The translations under genes and the position numbers were made by a program. 64,000 bases of DNA, taken from the NCBI GenBank assembly GCA_963805085.1, contig CAWDTA010000002.1, positions 1,184,001 to 1,248,000 on the forward strand, written 5' to 3'. The stretch's first letter is position 1, and the number at the start of each line of letters is the position of its first letter. This DNA comes from an uncultured Veillonellaceae bacterium (GTDB lineage Bacteria; Bacillota; Negativicutes; JARBTT01). This document shows, in pieces, positions 17,940 to 28,557 of the stretch. Below the pieces are notes generated by a model. It saw only the letters and a program-made list of their open reading frames with translations, ran no database searches and was not told the DNA's origin.

Positions 17940-20882
17940 ATGATGAGAGAACAAATCCAAAAATTTATTGCAGAAGAAAATTATAATCAGCCATATACAG
18001 ACACTGAGCTCTGCAAAAAGCTTCTAGTCAGCAGAGAATATGTAACATTACTTCGCAAAGAATTGAAAATTTTGGATTCAAGAGAACGTAAACAAACTTA
18101 TATTTGTGAAGAAATAAAGCAAATTTTGCTGAATAAAACTAATTTTTCTAATCAGGAATTACGAGATATATTACAAAAAAAAGGATATTCCATTTCAACG
18201 TATTTGCTACAAAAATATATGAATGATATGGAAGCACAGAGTCTTTGTAAAGATTTAGTTACTGATTTATCACATGAGGAAACAGGTAGCGAAGAAAAAG
18301 AAAAGTTATACCATTCCTTTGAGAATTTAGTTGGCACAAAAGGAAGTTTGGACACACAAATTCAGCAGGCAAAGGCGACAATGCTATATCCACCACATGG
18401 ATTACACTGTTTAATTGTTGGTGAAACAGGAGTTGGGAAAAGTGAATTAGCAGAAGCAATGTATCGTTTTGCACTGGAAGCTGAATGCTTGCCGAAAGAT
18501 GCACCTTTTAATGTATTTAATTGTGCAGATTATGCCGAAAATTCACAGCTTTTAATTACACAACTCTTTGGCTCAGTAAAAGGTGCTTATACAGGTGCTG
18601 CAGCGGATCGCAAGGGATTGATTGAACAAGCTGATGGCGGAATTTTATTCCTCGATGAAGTGCATCGACTTTCTTCAGAAGGTCAGGAAATGTTGTTTCA
18701 ACTGATTGATAAAGGCCATTTTCGTAGGTTAGGTGAAACTGATGCTGTGAGGAACGCGAAGGTTCAGCTTATTGCGGCAACAACAGAAAATATTGAAACA
18801 AGCCTGCTCACGACATTTAAGCGGCGAATCCCAATGTTAATCAATATTCCTTCATTGGAAGAGCGCCCTCTCACGGAACGGTTACAGTTGATTCAAAGAT
18901 TTTTTAGTTATGAATCAGCTCGTATGAATGCGAAACTACAGGTTTCAGTCGACGTAATTAAAGCCTATCTTTTATATGAATGCAAAGGTAATATTGGTCA
19001 ACTTAAAAGTGATATTCAGGTTACTTGTGCAAAAAGTTTCTTGTCATATGTTACAAAAAAAGAAAAAGTCGTCAAAGTTGATCTGCAAAGCTTGAGCTTA
19101 TATGTAAAAAAAGGTTTGCTAAGAATTCAAAGTAAGAGACAGGAACTAGAGGCAATTGTTTGGAAGGATTTTCATTTCGAACCAAATCAATGTCAAGGCC
19201 CAGCGGAATCGGAAGATGATGCATACAGCTTTCCAAAGGAGTTTTATGGGGACATTGAAAAGTTGCATACGGAATATATGCAACAAGGTATGGATGAGAA
19301 TCAGATCAAGCGGTTGATTGGCGACGAAATAGAACAGAAGTTACAGCATGTGATATCGCACATCAAACATCGGCTGGCACCCTTGACATTAGAAGAAGTT
19401 TCTAAGGTTATTGGCAGTGAGGTAATTTATTTAGCGCAGGAGATTTTGAAGATTGCGGAGGCAGAGCTCGGCAAGCTGGATGAATCTCTGGTATATTGCT
19501 TAGCAATACATTTAAATGCGACATTTACACGATTGAGTCAAGGAAAAAAAATCATTAATCCAAATTTAGAAGATGTAAAACGAAAATTTAGCCAGGAATA
19601 TCAAGTTGCTGAAAAAATGGTCGATTTGATTAAACTTCGCTATAAAATCGATTTACCGAAAGATGAAGTTAGTTATATTGCTTTATACTTGCATGGCAAT
19701 GAAAAAGAAGAAGAAGGCAATGTTGGGGTTGTAGTGGCAACCCATGGTAATGTTGGCAGCAATATGCTTGAAATCGCCAATAAATTGCTAAATGTGACAC
19801 ATGGTAAATCTTTTAATATGAGTTTCGAAGAGAGCCCGCGTGATGCACTTGATCGCTTAACTACGGTTATCAGAGGTGCTGATGAAGGCAAAGGGGTATT
19901 GATGCTGGTTGATTTGGGATCACTATTAACATTTGGTGAGATTATTCAGACCCGCACAAAAATTAAGGTAGAAACAATTGATCGTGTTGATACGGTCATG
20001 GTAATTGAAGCATTAAGACGTAGTATTTTGCCAGGATCAAATTTGCCAGATATGGTTAACGGTATTGAAAATTTGAATTATCTTTTTCCAAAGGCACGTC
20101 CACAGGCACCAGTAGTTTTACGTAAAAAAGCAATTATTACTATTTGTTTTACTGGTGAAGGTGTGGCACTTTATTGCGCGGGACATATAAAAAAATTGTT
20201 TGGTGATCGTTTGCAGGGAATCACATTTTTGAATGTTGGTATGATTGGACGCCATGATATTTATAAACAGATTCAACAGATATTGACACAATATGATGTG
20301 ATTATGATTATTGGTAGCGTGGATCCGCAACTACAAGGAATACCATATGTTTCAATTAATGAACTTTCAACTAAGCAAGGAAATGAACGGTTGTCTTATA
20401 TCTTAAATGAATCGGCAACATCACCTGTTCTTTTAGAGCAGAAAGCGGCAGATGTACCGGAAGTTGTGAAAAAGGCTAAAGTGCTTATGTTAGGAAAAGA
20501 ACAATATACAAAAGCTCAGGTTATAAAAAAAATGTGTAAGTTGCTTATTGATGAAGATTATGTAAGAAGTGGCTATGAGAAAGCAGTTTTGGAACGAGAA
20601 AAGATGGGGGCATATTTGATAAACCAAAAGGTTGCATTGCCTCATGCGGATAGTTCCTATGTGAAGGAATCCGTAGTACTCATTGCTAAGGCCGAGATGC
20701 CGATTGCTTGGACAGGAAAAACAACTACAAGGTTGATTTGTCTGCTTGGTCTGGATATTAACGGCAAGGATGGGATACGTTATCTATATCAACGCTTCCA
20801 AAATGATGAAGTCATAGCATTAATGGAAGCTGCAAAAACAGAACAGGAACTGAGGGAGGCATTAGTTTACAATGCAAATTAA
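17940..20882 (+). CDS. PTS-regulated sigma54 activator (LevR/DgaR-like: HTH-AAA+-PRD-EIIAMan-EIIBGat-EIIA)
   Basis: GETGVGKS, FNCADY, GAYTGA, FLDEVH; LAIHL PRD; VATHG; ICFTGEG; C-terminal VALPH. Confidence 0.92.
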   Translation: MMREQIQKFIAEENYNQPYTDTELCKKLLVSREYVTLLRKELKILDSRERKQTYICEEIKQILLNKTNFSNQELRDILQKKGYSISTYLLQKYMNDMEAQSLCKDLVTDLSHEETGSEEKEKLYHSFENLVGTKGSLDTQIQQAKATMLYPPHGLHCLIVGETGVGKSELAEAMYRFALEAECLPKDAPFNVFNCADYAENSQLLITQLFGSVKGAYTGAAADRKGLIEQADGGILFLDEVHRLSSEGQEMLFQLIDKGHFRRLGETDAVRNAKVQLIAATTENIETSLLTTFKRRIPMLINIPSLEERPLTERLQLIQRFFSYESARMNAKLQVSVDVIKAYLLYECKGNIGQLKSDIQVTCAKSFLSYVTKKEKVVKVDLQSLSLYVKKGLLRIQSKRQELEAIVWKDFHFEPNQCQGPAESEDDAYSFPKEFYGDIEKLHTEYMQQGMDENQIKRLIGDEIEQKLQHVISHIKHRLAPLTLEEVSKVIGSEVIYLAQEILKIAEAELGKLDESLVYCLAIHLNATFTRLSQGKKIINPNLEDVKRKFSQEYQVAEKMVDLIKLRYKIDLPKDEVSYIALYLHGNEKEEEGNVGVVVATHGNVGSNMLEIANKLLNVTHGKSFNMSFEESPRDALDRLTTVIRGADEGKGVLMLVDLGSLLTFGEIIQTRTKIKVETIDRVDTVMVIEALRRSILPGSNLPDMVNGIENLNYLFPKARPQAPVVLRKKAIITICFTGEGVALYCAGHIKKLFGDRLQGITFLNVGMIGRHDIYKQIQQILTQYDVIMIIGSVDPQLQGIPYVSINELSTKQGNERLSYILNESATSPVLLEQKAADVPEVVKKAKVLMLGKEQYTKAQVIKKMCKLLIDEDYVRSGYEKAVLEREKMGAYLINQKVALPHADSSYVKESVVLIAKAEMPIAWTGKTTTRLICLLGLDINGKDGIRYLYQRFQNDEVIALMEAAKTEQELREALVYNAN

Positions 20883-21345
20883 GATTGAAGAGGATTTGAT
20901 TATGCTTGACCTTTGCGGACAAGCAAATGAAGATATTTTATCACAAATGGCGGATAATCTTTGTCATTGTGGGTATGTTAAAGAGAGCTATAAGCCAGCG
21001 GTAATTGCGCGCGAAAAAGTATTTGCAACAGGATTGCCGACAGGAAGTTACGGTGTGGCGATTCCACATACGGATATTGTGCATGTGAACAAGCCGACGA
21101 TCTGTATAGCTAGACTTAAGCATGATGTGGATTTTGTTATCATGGGCGAGGAGTCGGAAACAGTTGCAGTAAAATTGTTGTTTATGTTGGCAATGAATGA
21201 ACAGCATGCGCAATTAAATGTGTTACAAAAACTTATGGGCCTTTTACAGGATAATGAAGCATTGACTTATCTTGCAACAGAAGATGACAAGAGTAAGATC
21301 AAAGCGTTTATTATAGATAAATTAAATTTAGAGGAGGGCGAATGA
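20872..21345 (+). CDS. gatA: PTS galactitol-family IIA
   Basis: REKVFATGL..GVAIPHTD. Confidence 0.85.
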   Translation: MQIKIEEDLIMLDLCGQANEDILSQMADNLCHCGYVKESYKPAVIAREKVFATGLPTGSYGVAIPHTDIVHVNKPTICIARLKHDVDFVIMGEESETVAVKLLFMLAMNEQHAQLNVLQKLMGLLQDNEALTYLATEDDKSKIKAFIIDKLNLEEGE

Positions 21346-21347
21346 TT

Positions 21348-21632
21348 ATGGCAAAAAAAGTTGTACTTGTTGCTTGTGGTACGGGAATTGCGACATCGAC
21401 GGTTGTTTCTGATGCTGTAGATAAGTTAGCCAAAGAACACAAAATCGCTGTGGAAATCATTCAATGTAAAATGATGGAGGTTCCTGCATATCAGGACCGA
21501 GCAGATTTATTGGTGACGACTACGGTAGCAGGAAAAGATTATCCTTTTCCAGTTATCAATGCAAGGTCATTTTTGACAGGAATTGGACTTGATAAAGTAA
21601 AAAATGAAATTTTAGAAGAGCTAAAAAAGTAA
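21348..21632 (+). CDS. gatB: PTS galactitol-family IIB
   Basis: VLVACGTGIATSTV; FLTGIG. Confidence 0.88.
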   Translation: MAKKVVLVACGTGIATSTVVSDAVDKLAKEHKIAVEIIQCKMMEVPAYQDRADLLVTTTVAGKDYPFPVINARSFLTGIGLDKVKNEILEELKK

Positions 21633-21720
21633 AAACAAATAGGACCAAGTCGGTATGCTGAGTTTATCTTAGGATGATTCGGCATACCAGAAGAAATATA
21701 TATGGGAGGTAGCAAGTATT

Positions 21721-22986
21721 ATGACAGATTTAATTCCTATGTTTCAAGCATTCTTAGGTCTAGGACCTACAGTAATTCTGCCAGTTGCAATTTTCATAAT
21801 TGGTATTTGTTTTGGACAAAAGCCGGCAAAGGCATTCCGTTCTGGGTTAACAATTGGGGTAGGCTTTACCGGTATATTCCTAGTAGTTGGTTTATTAGTT
21901 GATAATCTAGGCCCAGCAGCGCAAGCTATGATTAAGAACTTCGGGTTACAGTTAAACATCATTGATATCGGCTGGCCGGGTGCGGCAAGTATCGCTTGGG
22001 CATCCCCAGTTGCAGCGTTAGTATTGCCAGTAGGTTTATTAGTAAATGCACTTATGCTGGTAACAAAAACAACAAAAACAATGGACGTTGATATTTGGAA
22101 TTATTGGCATTTTACATTCATGGGTGCGTTTGTGTATACCCTATCCGGTAGTTTAATACAGGCAATGATTGCAGCAGTGCTTTTTGAAATTGTCGTATTG
22201 AAAATTGCCGATTGGACAGCACCTTATATGGAAAAATATTTTGATTTGCCTGGTATTTCTGTCCCAACAGGTAGTACAGTTTCTTATGCACCAATCGGGA
22301 TCCCACTTATTTGGTTGATTCAGAAAATTCCTATAATTAAAGATTTAAAAGCAGATCCGGAAAGTATTCAGAAAAAATTTGGTATCTTTGGAGAACCAAT
22401 TTTTATGGGCTTATTTTTAGGATTAGCTTTAGGTGCTTTGGCTGGGTATGGCCCTGGTCAGATGGTAAAAGTCGGAGTTGCAATGGCAGGGGTTATGGTT
22501 CTTATGCCACGGATGGTAAGACTTTTGATGGAAGGTCTTATTCCAATATCTGAATCAGCAAGAGAATTCTTAACCAAACGTTTTGGGGAAGATGCAAATA
22601 TTTATATTGGTTTGGATGCAGCTGTTACAACGGGGCATCCGGCTGTAATTGCTACAGCTTTAATCCTTGTTCCAATCACGATTTTCTTAGCTGTTATTTT
22701 ACCAGGGAACAATGTATTGCCATTTGGTGATTTGGCAACGATTCCATTTATCGTTGCTATGATTGTAGCGGCAGCACGCGGTAATATTATTCATTCGGTA
22801 CTTGCCGGATCAGTCGTAATTTCGCTGTCTCTCTTGATGGCTACCGCAGTTGCACAATTCCATACCCAGATGGCCTTGGCTGCGCATTTTAAAATGCCAG
22901 AAGGAACAGCCTTGATTTCTAGTATTGACCAAGGTGGAAATTTAATACATTTTATAATCTATCAAATCTTCGTTTTGTTTAACTAA
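21721..22986 (+). CDS. gatC: PTS galactitol-family IIC
   Basis: DIGWP, DIWNYWH, LMPRMV..LMEGL, IGLD, LPFGDL. Confidence 0.92.
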   Translation: MTDLIPMFQAFLGLGPTVILPVAIFIIGICFGQKPAKAFRSGLTIGVGFTGIFLVVGLLVDNLGPAAQAMIKNFGLQLNIIDIGWPGAASIAWASPVAALVLPVGLLVNALMLVTKTTKTMDVDIWNYWHFTFMGAFVYTLSGSLIQAMIAAVLFEIVVLKIADWTAPYMEKYFDLPGISVPTGSTVSYAPIGIPLIWLIQKIPIIKDLKADPESIQKKFGIFGEPIFMGLFLGLALGALAGYGPGQMVKVGVAMAGVMVLMPRMVRLLMEGLIPISESAREFLTKRFGEDANIYIGLDAAVTTGHPAVIATALILVPITIFLAVILPGNNVLPFGDLATIPFIVAMIVAAARGNIIHSVLAGSVVISLSLLMATAVAQFHTQMALAAHFKMPEGTALISSIDQGGNLIHFIIYQIFVLFN

Positions 22987-23072
22987 TAGACGACGTGATG
23001 GGCGCCGTCAAGCTCAAATTCTTGATGGCGCTTATTTTGTTTAAAAATTTTTTAGGGTAGGAAGTGTTGTTA

Positions 23073-24113
23073 ATGAAAGCAGCTGTAATTTATGGAACTG
23101 GTGATATTCGTTATGACGATATTGAAGATCCAAAGTGTGGAGCTGAGGATGTCATTATTCAGGTCAATGCCTGTGGAATTTGCGGTTCAGACAGTCCACG
23201 AATTTTAAAAGACTGGAAATATCCAGTACCGGGGGTACCGGGACATGAATTTTCTGGAAAAATTGTCGAAGTTGGTAAAAATGTAAAAGAATTTTCGCTA
23301 GGAGAAGCGGTTGTAGCTCAGCCACTAATTCCATGTAAACAGTGTCTTCATTGTAAATCTGGATTTTATTCGGTATGTGATGATATTACAATGATTGGTG
23401 CTGATATACATGGTGGATATGCGGAATATGTAAAAGTTCCAGCTTCAAACGTACTAAGGACTGGCCCTATTAATCTGCAGCATGCAGCTTTAATTGAGCC
23501 TTGTGCAGTGGCACTATATGGTGTACTTGGGATTGAACCGAAATTGGGCGATACTGTTGCGATTTTGGGTATGGGGACGATTGGTCAGCTTGTTTTGCAA
23601 TGGTGTAAGATTTATGGCGTTCGTCGTGTGATTGCAGTTGACATCTCGGAGAAAAAACTTGCTGAAGCCAAGGCATTGGGGGCAGATTACTGTATTAACG
23701 GTCTTAAGTCTGATGTAGAAAAGGAAATACTTGAATTAACAAGTGGCTTAGGTGTTGATATTGCAATGGAAACCGCCGGCTCAAAAATTACACAGGAACA
23801 ATGTTTGCTCGTCACCAAGAAACGCGGTAAAGTTGGTTATCTTGGCATAGCTCGAACAGATATTTTATTGAAAGAGAAATCGTTTGAAAGTATTTTTCGA
23901 CATGAGTTGACGTTGAAAGGATTTTGGAATTCCTATACGGCACCATTCCCAGGAGCTGCATGGGAGAAGAGCATCGGTTATATTCAGGATGGCAGAATTG
24001 AACTTGAAAAATTGATTTCACATCGATTCCCATTAAAGGATGTAAAAGATGTATTTACAATGATTGAAAAACGTAGTGAGGAATACAATAAAATTTTATT
24101 GATTGTAGAGTGA
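23073..24113 (+). CDS. Zn-dependent polyol-phosphate dehydrogenase (galactitol-1-P 5-dehydrogenase-like)
   Basis: CGICGSD, GHE, CxxCxxC..C, G.GTIG, GFWNSY. Confidence 0.85.
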   Translation: MKAAVIYGTGDIRYDDIEDPKCGAEDVIIQVNACGICGSDSPRILKDWKYPVPGVPGHEFSGKIVEVGKNVKEFSLGEAVVAQPLIPCKQCLHCKSGFYSVCDDITMIGADIHGGYAEYVKVPASNVLRTGPINLQHAALIEPCAVALYGVLGIEPKLGDTVAILGMGTIGQLVLQWCKIYGVRRVIAVDISEKKLAEAKALGADYCINGLKSDVEKEILELTSGLGVDIAMETAGSKITQEQCLLVTKKRGKVGYLGIARTDILLKEKSFESIFRHELTLKGFWNSYTAPFPGAAWEKSIGYIQDGRIELEKLISHRFPLKDVKDVFTMIEKRSEEYNKILLIVE

Positions 24114-24125
24114 TAGGAGGAAAAA

Positions 24126-24950
24126 ATGGATATAACTCAATTGAAAAAAAAAGCTCTAAATGCCCGTCTTAATATTATGAAGATGCTTGCGGAATCAGGA
24201 TCAGGACATCCGGGTGGATCACTTTCTATGGTTGATATTTTGACAGTACTCTATTTCGATAAGATGAATGTCAATGTTGCGGAGCCAAAATGGAAAGATC
24301 GCGATCGATTTGTTTTATCAAAAGGCCATGGTGCGCCGGGGCTTTATGCAGTACTTGCAGAAAAAGGATTTTTTCCTAAAGAAGAATTACTCAAGCTTCG
24401 TAAATGCGGTGCTATGTTACAGGGGCATCCAGATATGAAAGGGACACCAGGCGTTGACATGTCAACCGGTTCCTTAGGGCAAGGATTGTCTGTAGCAAAC
24501 GGTATGGCACTTGCTGGAAAACTTGACCAAAAAGATTATAGAGTTTATACAATCGTGGGTGATGGTGAGATTCAAGAAGGACAGATTTGGGAAGCTGCTA
24601 TGAGTAGTGCCCATTATCATCTTGACAATCTCACACTTTTTGTTGATCATAATGGATTACAAATTGATGGTTCAAACGATGAAGTTATGACGGTAAATCC
24701 AATTCCTGATAAATTCCGTGCATTTGGTTGGAATGTAATTGAGATTGATGGTCATGATTATGAACAGATTGGTGCTGCTGTTGCTATGGCACAGACCATT
24801 AAAGGTAAACCAACTGCTATTGTTGCTGAAACAGTCAAGGGTAAAGGTGTGTCGTTCATGGAACATCAAGTTGGTTGGCATGGAAAAGCTCCAAGTCTTG
24901 AACAGCGAGATAAGGCGGTTGAGGAACTGGAAAGAGGTGTTGAAAAATGA
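24126..24950 (+). CDS. Transketolase, N-terminal (TPP-binding) subunit
   Basis: SGHPGGSLS, LSKGH, STGSLGQG, GDGE..EGQIWEA. Confidence 0.94.
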   Translation: MDITQLKKKALNARLNIMKMLAESGSGHPGGSLSMVDILTVLYFDKMNVNVAEPKWKDRDRFVLSKGHGAPGLYAVLAEKGFFPKEELLKLRKCGAMLQGHPDMKGTPGVDMSTGSLGQGLSVANGMALAGKLDQKDYRVYTIVGDGEIQEGQIWEAAMSSAHYHLDNLTLFVDHNGLQIDGSNDEVMTVNPIPDKFRAFGWNVIEIDGHDYEQIGAAVAMAQTIKGKPTAIVAETVKGKGVSFMEHQVGWHGKAPSLEQRDKAVEELERGVEK

Positions 24951-25873
24951 GTGGTGTTGCAACCAGAGAAGCTTATGCAAAAGTATTACAAGAAGAGTTG
25001 AGTAAAAACCCAAAAGTGGTTGTATTAGACGCCGATTTGGGGAATGCAACCAAATCAATGAGTTTTAAAAAAGTCTGCCCGGAACGATATTTTGATATGG
25101 GCATCGCAGAGCAAGACATGATGGGAACAGCAGCAGGACTAGCAACTTGTGGGAAAATTCCAATTGCAAGTACCTTTGCAATGTTTGCTGCCGGACGTGC
25201 CTTTGAACAGGTTCGTAATTCAATTGCCTATCCAAATCTGAATGTAAAAATCGCAGCAACACATGCTGGTGTAACGGTAGGCGAAGATGGTGGTAGCCAT
25301 CAAGCAATTGAGGACATTTCACTTATGCGCAGTATTCCGAATATGACAGTGATTAACCCAGCCGACGGTAAGGAAGCAGAAGAAGCGCTTAAGGCGGCAG
25401 TACAGTATTATGGCCCGGTTTATATTCGCCTAGGCAGAGCAGCAACACCTGATTTGCATAACGAACACTATCAGTTTGTTTGGGGCAAGGGTGAGGTTTT
25501 GCGTGAAGGAAAAGACGTAGGGATTATTGCGACAGGGATAATGGTAGCCAAAGCGCTTGAAGCAGCTAAAGAATTAAAAAAACAAGGAATTGAAGCTCGG
25601 GTTGTTAATATTCATACGATTAAACCACTGGATGAGGCTTTAATTGTTGAAACAGCGAAATTGACCGGTAAAATTGTAACAGCAGAAGAGCACAGCGTAA
25701 TTGGTGGACTTGGTTCAGCAGTCAGTGAAATTATATGTAAACAATATCCAGTAAAAATGGAAATGGTTGGTGTTAAGGATCAATTTGGCTGTTCAGGATC
25801 GCCGGATGATCTTTTGAAGAAGTTTGGTTTAACGGAAATTGATATCGTTAAAGCAGTAACGTCATTGTGTTGA
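24947..25873 (+). CDS. Transketolase, C-terminal subunit
   Basis: GIAEQ, GEDGGSHQ, EEHSVIGGLG. Confidence 0.94.
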   Translation: MSGVATREAYAKVLQEELSKNPKVVVLDADLGNATKSMSFKKVCPERYFDMGIAEQDMMGTAAGLATCGKIPIASTFAMFAAGRAFEQVRNSIAYPNLNVKIAATHAGVTVGEDGGSHQAIEDISLMRSIPNMTVINPADGKEAEEALKAAVQYYGPVYIRLGRAATPDLHNEHYQFVWGKGEVLREGKDVGIIATGIMVAKALEAAKELKKQGIEARVVNIHTIKPLDEALIVETAKLTGKIVTAEEHSVIGGLGSAVSEIICKQYPVKMEMVGVKDQFGCSGSPDDLLKKFGLTEIDIVKAVTSLC

Positions 25874-25884
25874 GGGGGAGCCAA

Positions 25885-26571
25885 ATGAATGTAGTTTTAG
25901 CTCCGTCTATTTTGGCGGCAAATTTCAGCCGATTAGGTGAAGATATAAAAACGCTGGCGAAAAATGGGATAAAAGCGTTGCATTTGGATATCATGGATGG
26001 TCATTTTGTGCCCAATATCACATTTGGGCCTGATCAAATTAAAGATTTTAGTACCGTTGTTCCAACGATGGAGTTAGATGTGCATCTCATGGTGAGCAAT
26101 GCTGATGCCTTACTGGAAAGGCTTGCCGCTGTAGGGGTACATTCAGTGACAGTTCATGCGGAAGCATGTGGTCATCTTTACCGGACACTTATGAAGATTA
26201 AGGATCTTGGTATGAAAGCTGGAGTTGCACTCAATCCAGCGACGCCGTTTACACAGCTTCTTTACGTAGCAGAAGCTGGAATTTTAGATAAAGTGCTTGT
26301 GATGACGGTGGAACCGGGATTTGGCGGTCAGGCATATATTCCGATGAGTACAAGAAAAATTGAATCGCTTGCTGGTTGGCGGCGTGAATTCGGGTTTAAT
26401 TTTGTGATTCAGGTGGATGGCGGCATTACAATTGATAATGTTGAAATGGTGGTAAAAGCCGGTGCTAGTGATATCGTAATTGGGTCATCTATTTTCAAAA
26501 ACAATCAAATGGACAAAAATATTAAAGCTTTTGCAGATAGATTAAAACTTGATTTAATGGAGGAAAAATGA
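25885..26571 (+). CDS. rpe: Ribulose-phosphate 3-epimerase
   Basis: APSIL, HLDIMDGHFVPN, DVHLM, MTVEPGFGGQ, VDGG. Confidence 0.93.
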   Translation: MNVVLAPSILAANFSRLGEDIKTLAKNGIKALHLDIMDGHFVPNITFGPDQIKDFSTVVPTMELDVHLMVSNADALLERLAAVGVHSVTVHAEACGHLYRTLMKIKDLGMKAGVALNPATPFTQLLYVAEAGILDKVLVMTVEPGFGGQAYIPMSTRKIESLAGWRREFGFNFVIQVDGGITIDNVEMVVKAGASDIVIGSSIFKNNQMDKNIKAFADRLKLDLMEEK

Positions 26572-27602
26572 TGAAAGCATTAGTTAAAACAGCTTTGGGT
26601 GAAGGAAATTTAGAAGTGCTTGATCGCGATGAGCCACAAATAAATGAAAATCAAGTGAAAATTGAAGTAAAATATGCAGGAATTTGCGGTTCCGATGTAC
26701 ACACATTTGAAGGCAATTATAAAGTAGCTGCACCTGTAATACTTGGGCATGAATTTGCCGGTCAGGTGGTAGAAGTCGGTGACAATGTTAAAGAGTTCAA
26801 AGTTGGGGATCGAGTTACTTCCGAAACGACATTTGAAATTTGTGGTACATGCAGATACTGTAAAGAAAAAAAATATAATCTCTGCCCAACACGTAAGGGG
26901 TTAGGAACACAACAAGACGGTGCATTTACAAAATATATTATCGCTCGCAAGGAAAGTGTGCATTTGTTACCGGAGAAAGTAACCTATCTTGATGCATCAA
27001 TTACAGAAGCGGCAGCTTGCGCTTATCATGGCGTTGTTAAAGCAAAAATTGAAAAAGATGATATTGTTCTTGTCTTGGGACCAGGTCCAATTGGCCTGTT
27101 AGTAGCACAGATTGTTAAAGCAAAAGGCGGAAAAGTCGTAATGACGGGTCTTACAAAAGATGCAAAACGCCTTGATGAAGCAAAGACATTAGGCATTGAT
27201 TATACAATTGATGTGCAAACGGAGAATCCAAAAGATATGATTAGCAAGTTGACGAATGGCTATGGAGCCGATGTTTGTTTTGACTGTACTGGCGCGGTGC
27301 CTTCGATGCAAATGGGTATGGAGTTATTGAGAAAACAGGGACAATATGTTCAAGTGGGGATTTTTGCTAAAGATGAAATTTTAGTAGACTTTTCGAAAAT
27401 TATTCAAAAAGAACTTGTAGTTACAGGAAGCCGTAGTCAAAATACACATGACTGGGAACCGACGCTTGATCTTATGAATAGTGGAGCAATTCAAGCGAGT
27501 GCTATGATTACACATAAAATGAAAATCGATGAGTGGGATAAAGCGTATCAGCTTATAAAGAGCGGAGAAGCAATCAAGATAGCATTACAACCATTGGATT
27601 AA
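26568..27602 (+). CDS. Zn-dependent dehydrogenase, D-arabitol-phosphate dehydrogenase-like
   Basis: GICGSDVHTF, GHE, GDRVTSETTF..CG.C.YC...YNLC..RKG.GTQQ. Confidence 0.8.
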   Translation: MMKALVKTALGEGNLEVLDRDEPQINENQVKIEVKYAGICGSDVHTFEGNYKVAAPVILGHEFAGQVVEVGDNVKEFKVGDRVTSETTFEICGTCRYCKEKKYNLCPTRKGLGTQQDGAFTKYIIARKESVHLLPEKVTYLDASITEAAACAYHGVVKAKIEKDDIVLVLGPGPIGLLVAQIVKAKGGKVVMTGLTKDAKRLDEAKTLGIDYTIDVQTENPKDMISKLTNGYGADVCFDCTGAVPSMQMGMELLRKQGQYVQVGIFAKDEILVDFSKIIQKELVVTGSRSQNTHDWEPTLDLMNSGAIQASAMITHKMKIDEWDKAYQLIKSGEAIKIALQPLD

Positions 27603-27836
27603 TTGAAGAAATAAAACTGTTGATTTCGGCCGGATGAAACAGTTAATAGCAGTAACAATATTGAGCTCAATAGATTGTTTTATAAAAAAATTCCTTTGAA
27701 TATTAGCGGGATGCAAGTTCCGGTTTAAATAAAGATGAAAAACGACTGAGTTAGTCTAATCAGGTATCTATATTTAACAATGAAGACAAGTTCCGGGGTA
27801 ATAGGTAGATGAATTTGTCAGGTGGAGGGTGATACT

Positions 27837-28292
27837 ATGGAAAATATTGTGGTGATCGGCAGTGATCATGCTGGTTTTGCGATGAAGCAGGAATTGATAG
27901 AAAAGTTGAAGGAAAATGGTTTTGTTGTTGAGGATAAAGGAACATATAGTGAAGAATCAACAGATTTTTCACCAATTGCGCAGATGGTTGCGGAAACAGT
28001 TGCAGCCGATGAGAGAAAGCGGGGCATTTTAGTCTGTGGTACAGGAATTGGTATGTCTATTATGGCAAATAAAATTCCAGGGATACGTGCTGCTTTAGTT
28101 CATGATCTTTTTTCTGCGAAGGCAACTCGTGAACATAATAATACCAATGTGTTATGTATGGGAGCGAGGATTATTTCGCCAGCCATGAGCTGGGAAATTG
28201 CATCTGTTTGGTTGCATACGGATTTTTTAGGCGGAAAGCATGCAAAAAGAATCCAATATATTGCTGATTATGAAGAAAATAAGACGAAGTGA
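27837..28292 (+). CDS. rpiB: Ribose-5-phosphate isomerase B
   Basis: GSDHAG, CGTGIGMS..ANK, REHNN.NVL.MGAR. Confidence 0.93.
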   Translation: MENIVVIGSDHAGFAMKQELIEKLKENGFVVEDKGTYSEESTDFSPIAQMVAETVAADERKRGILVCGTGIGMSIMANKIPGIRAALVHDLFSAKATREHNNTNVLCMGARIISPAMSWEIASVWLHTDFLGGKHAKRIQYIADYEENKTK

Positions 28293-28450
28293 GGCGCAGA
28301 AGAAATCAATCTGCGTATTAATTTAGGGGCACTTAACAAAAAGTAATCATTGAAATCGCATTGTTGACAGATGAAGAAAGAGTGACGACATGTAAATTAA
28401 TTATGGATGCAGCCACAGATTATGTAAAAACGGCGACAGGTTTTAATGGC
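28293..28450 (+). pseudogene. deoC: Degraded deoxyribose-phosphate aldolase (DeoC-like) remnant
   Basis: Frame from 28293 reads [15 protein letters not shown]; frame from 28340 reads [35 protein letters not shown], matching DeoC motifs. Confidence 0.8.
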
Positions 28451-28557
28451 CGTGCAAGCAGAATTTGGACAAGTAATGCAGTGGAAATTATAATGAGAGA
28501 GCACATTGATAGTGGGTATTGATGCGTCAGGTTATTTGAGGATAAAAGGTGAAGTAT

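Noticed and set aside
21652-23031. Hairpins between IIB/IIC and between IIC/dehydrogenase as regulatory RNAs
   Set aside because: Ordinary intra-operon stem-loops; no RAT or riboswitch consensus
27603-27830. Second gene fossil before rpiB
   Set aside because: No translated frame I checked matched a family I recognise
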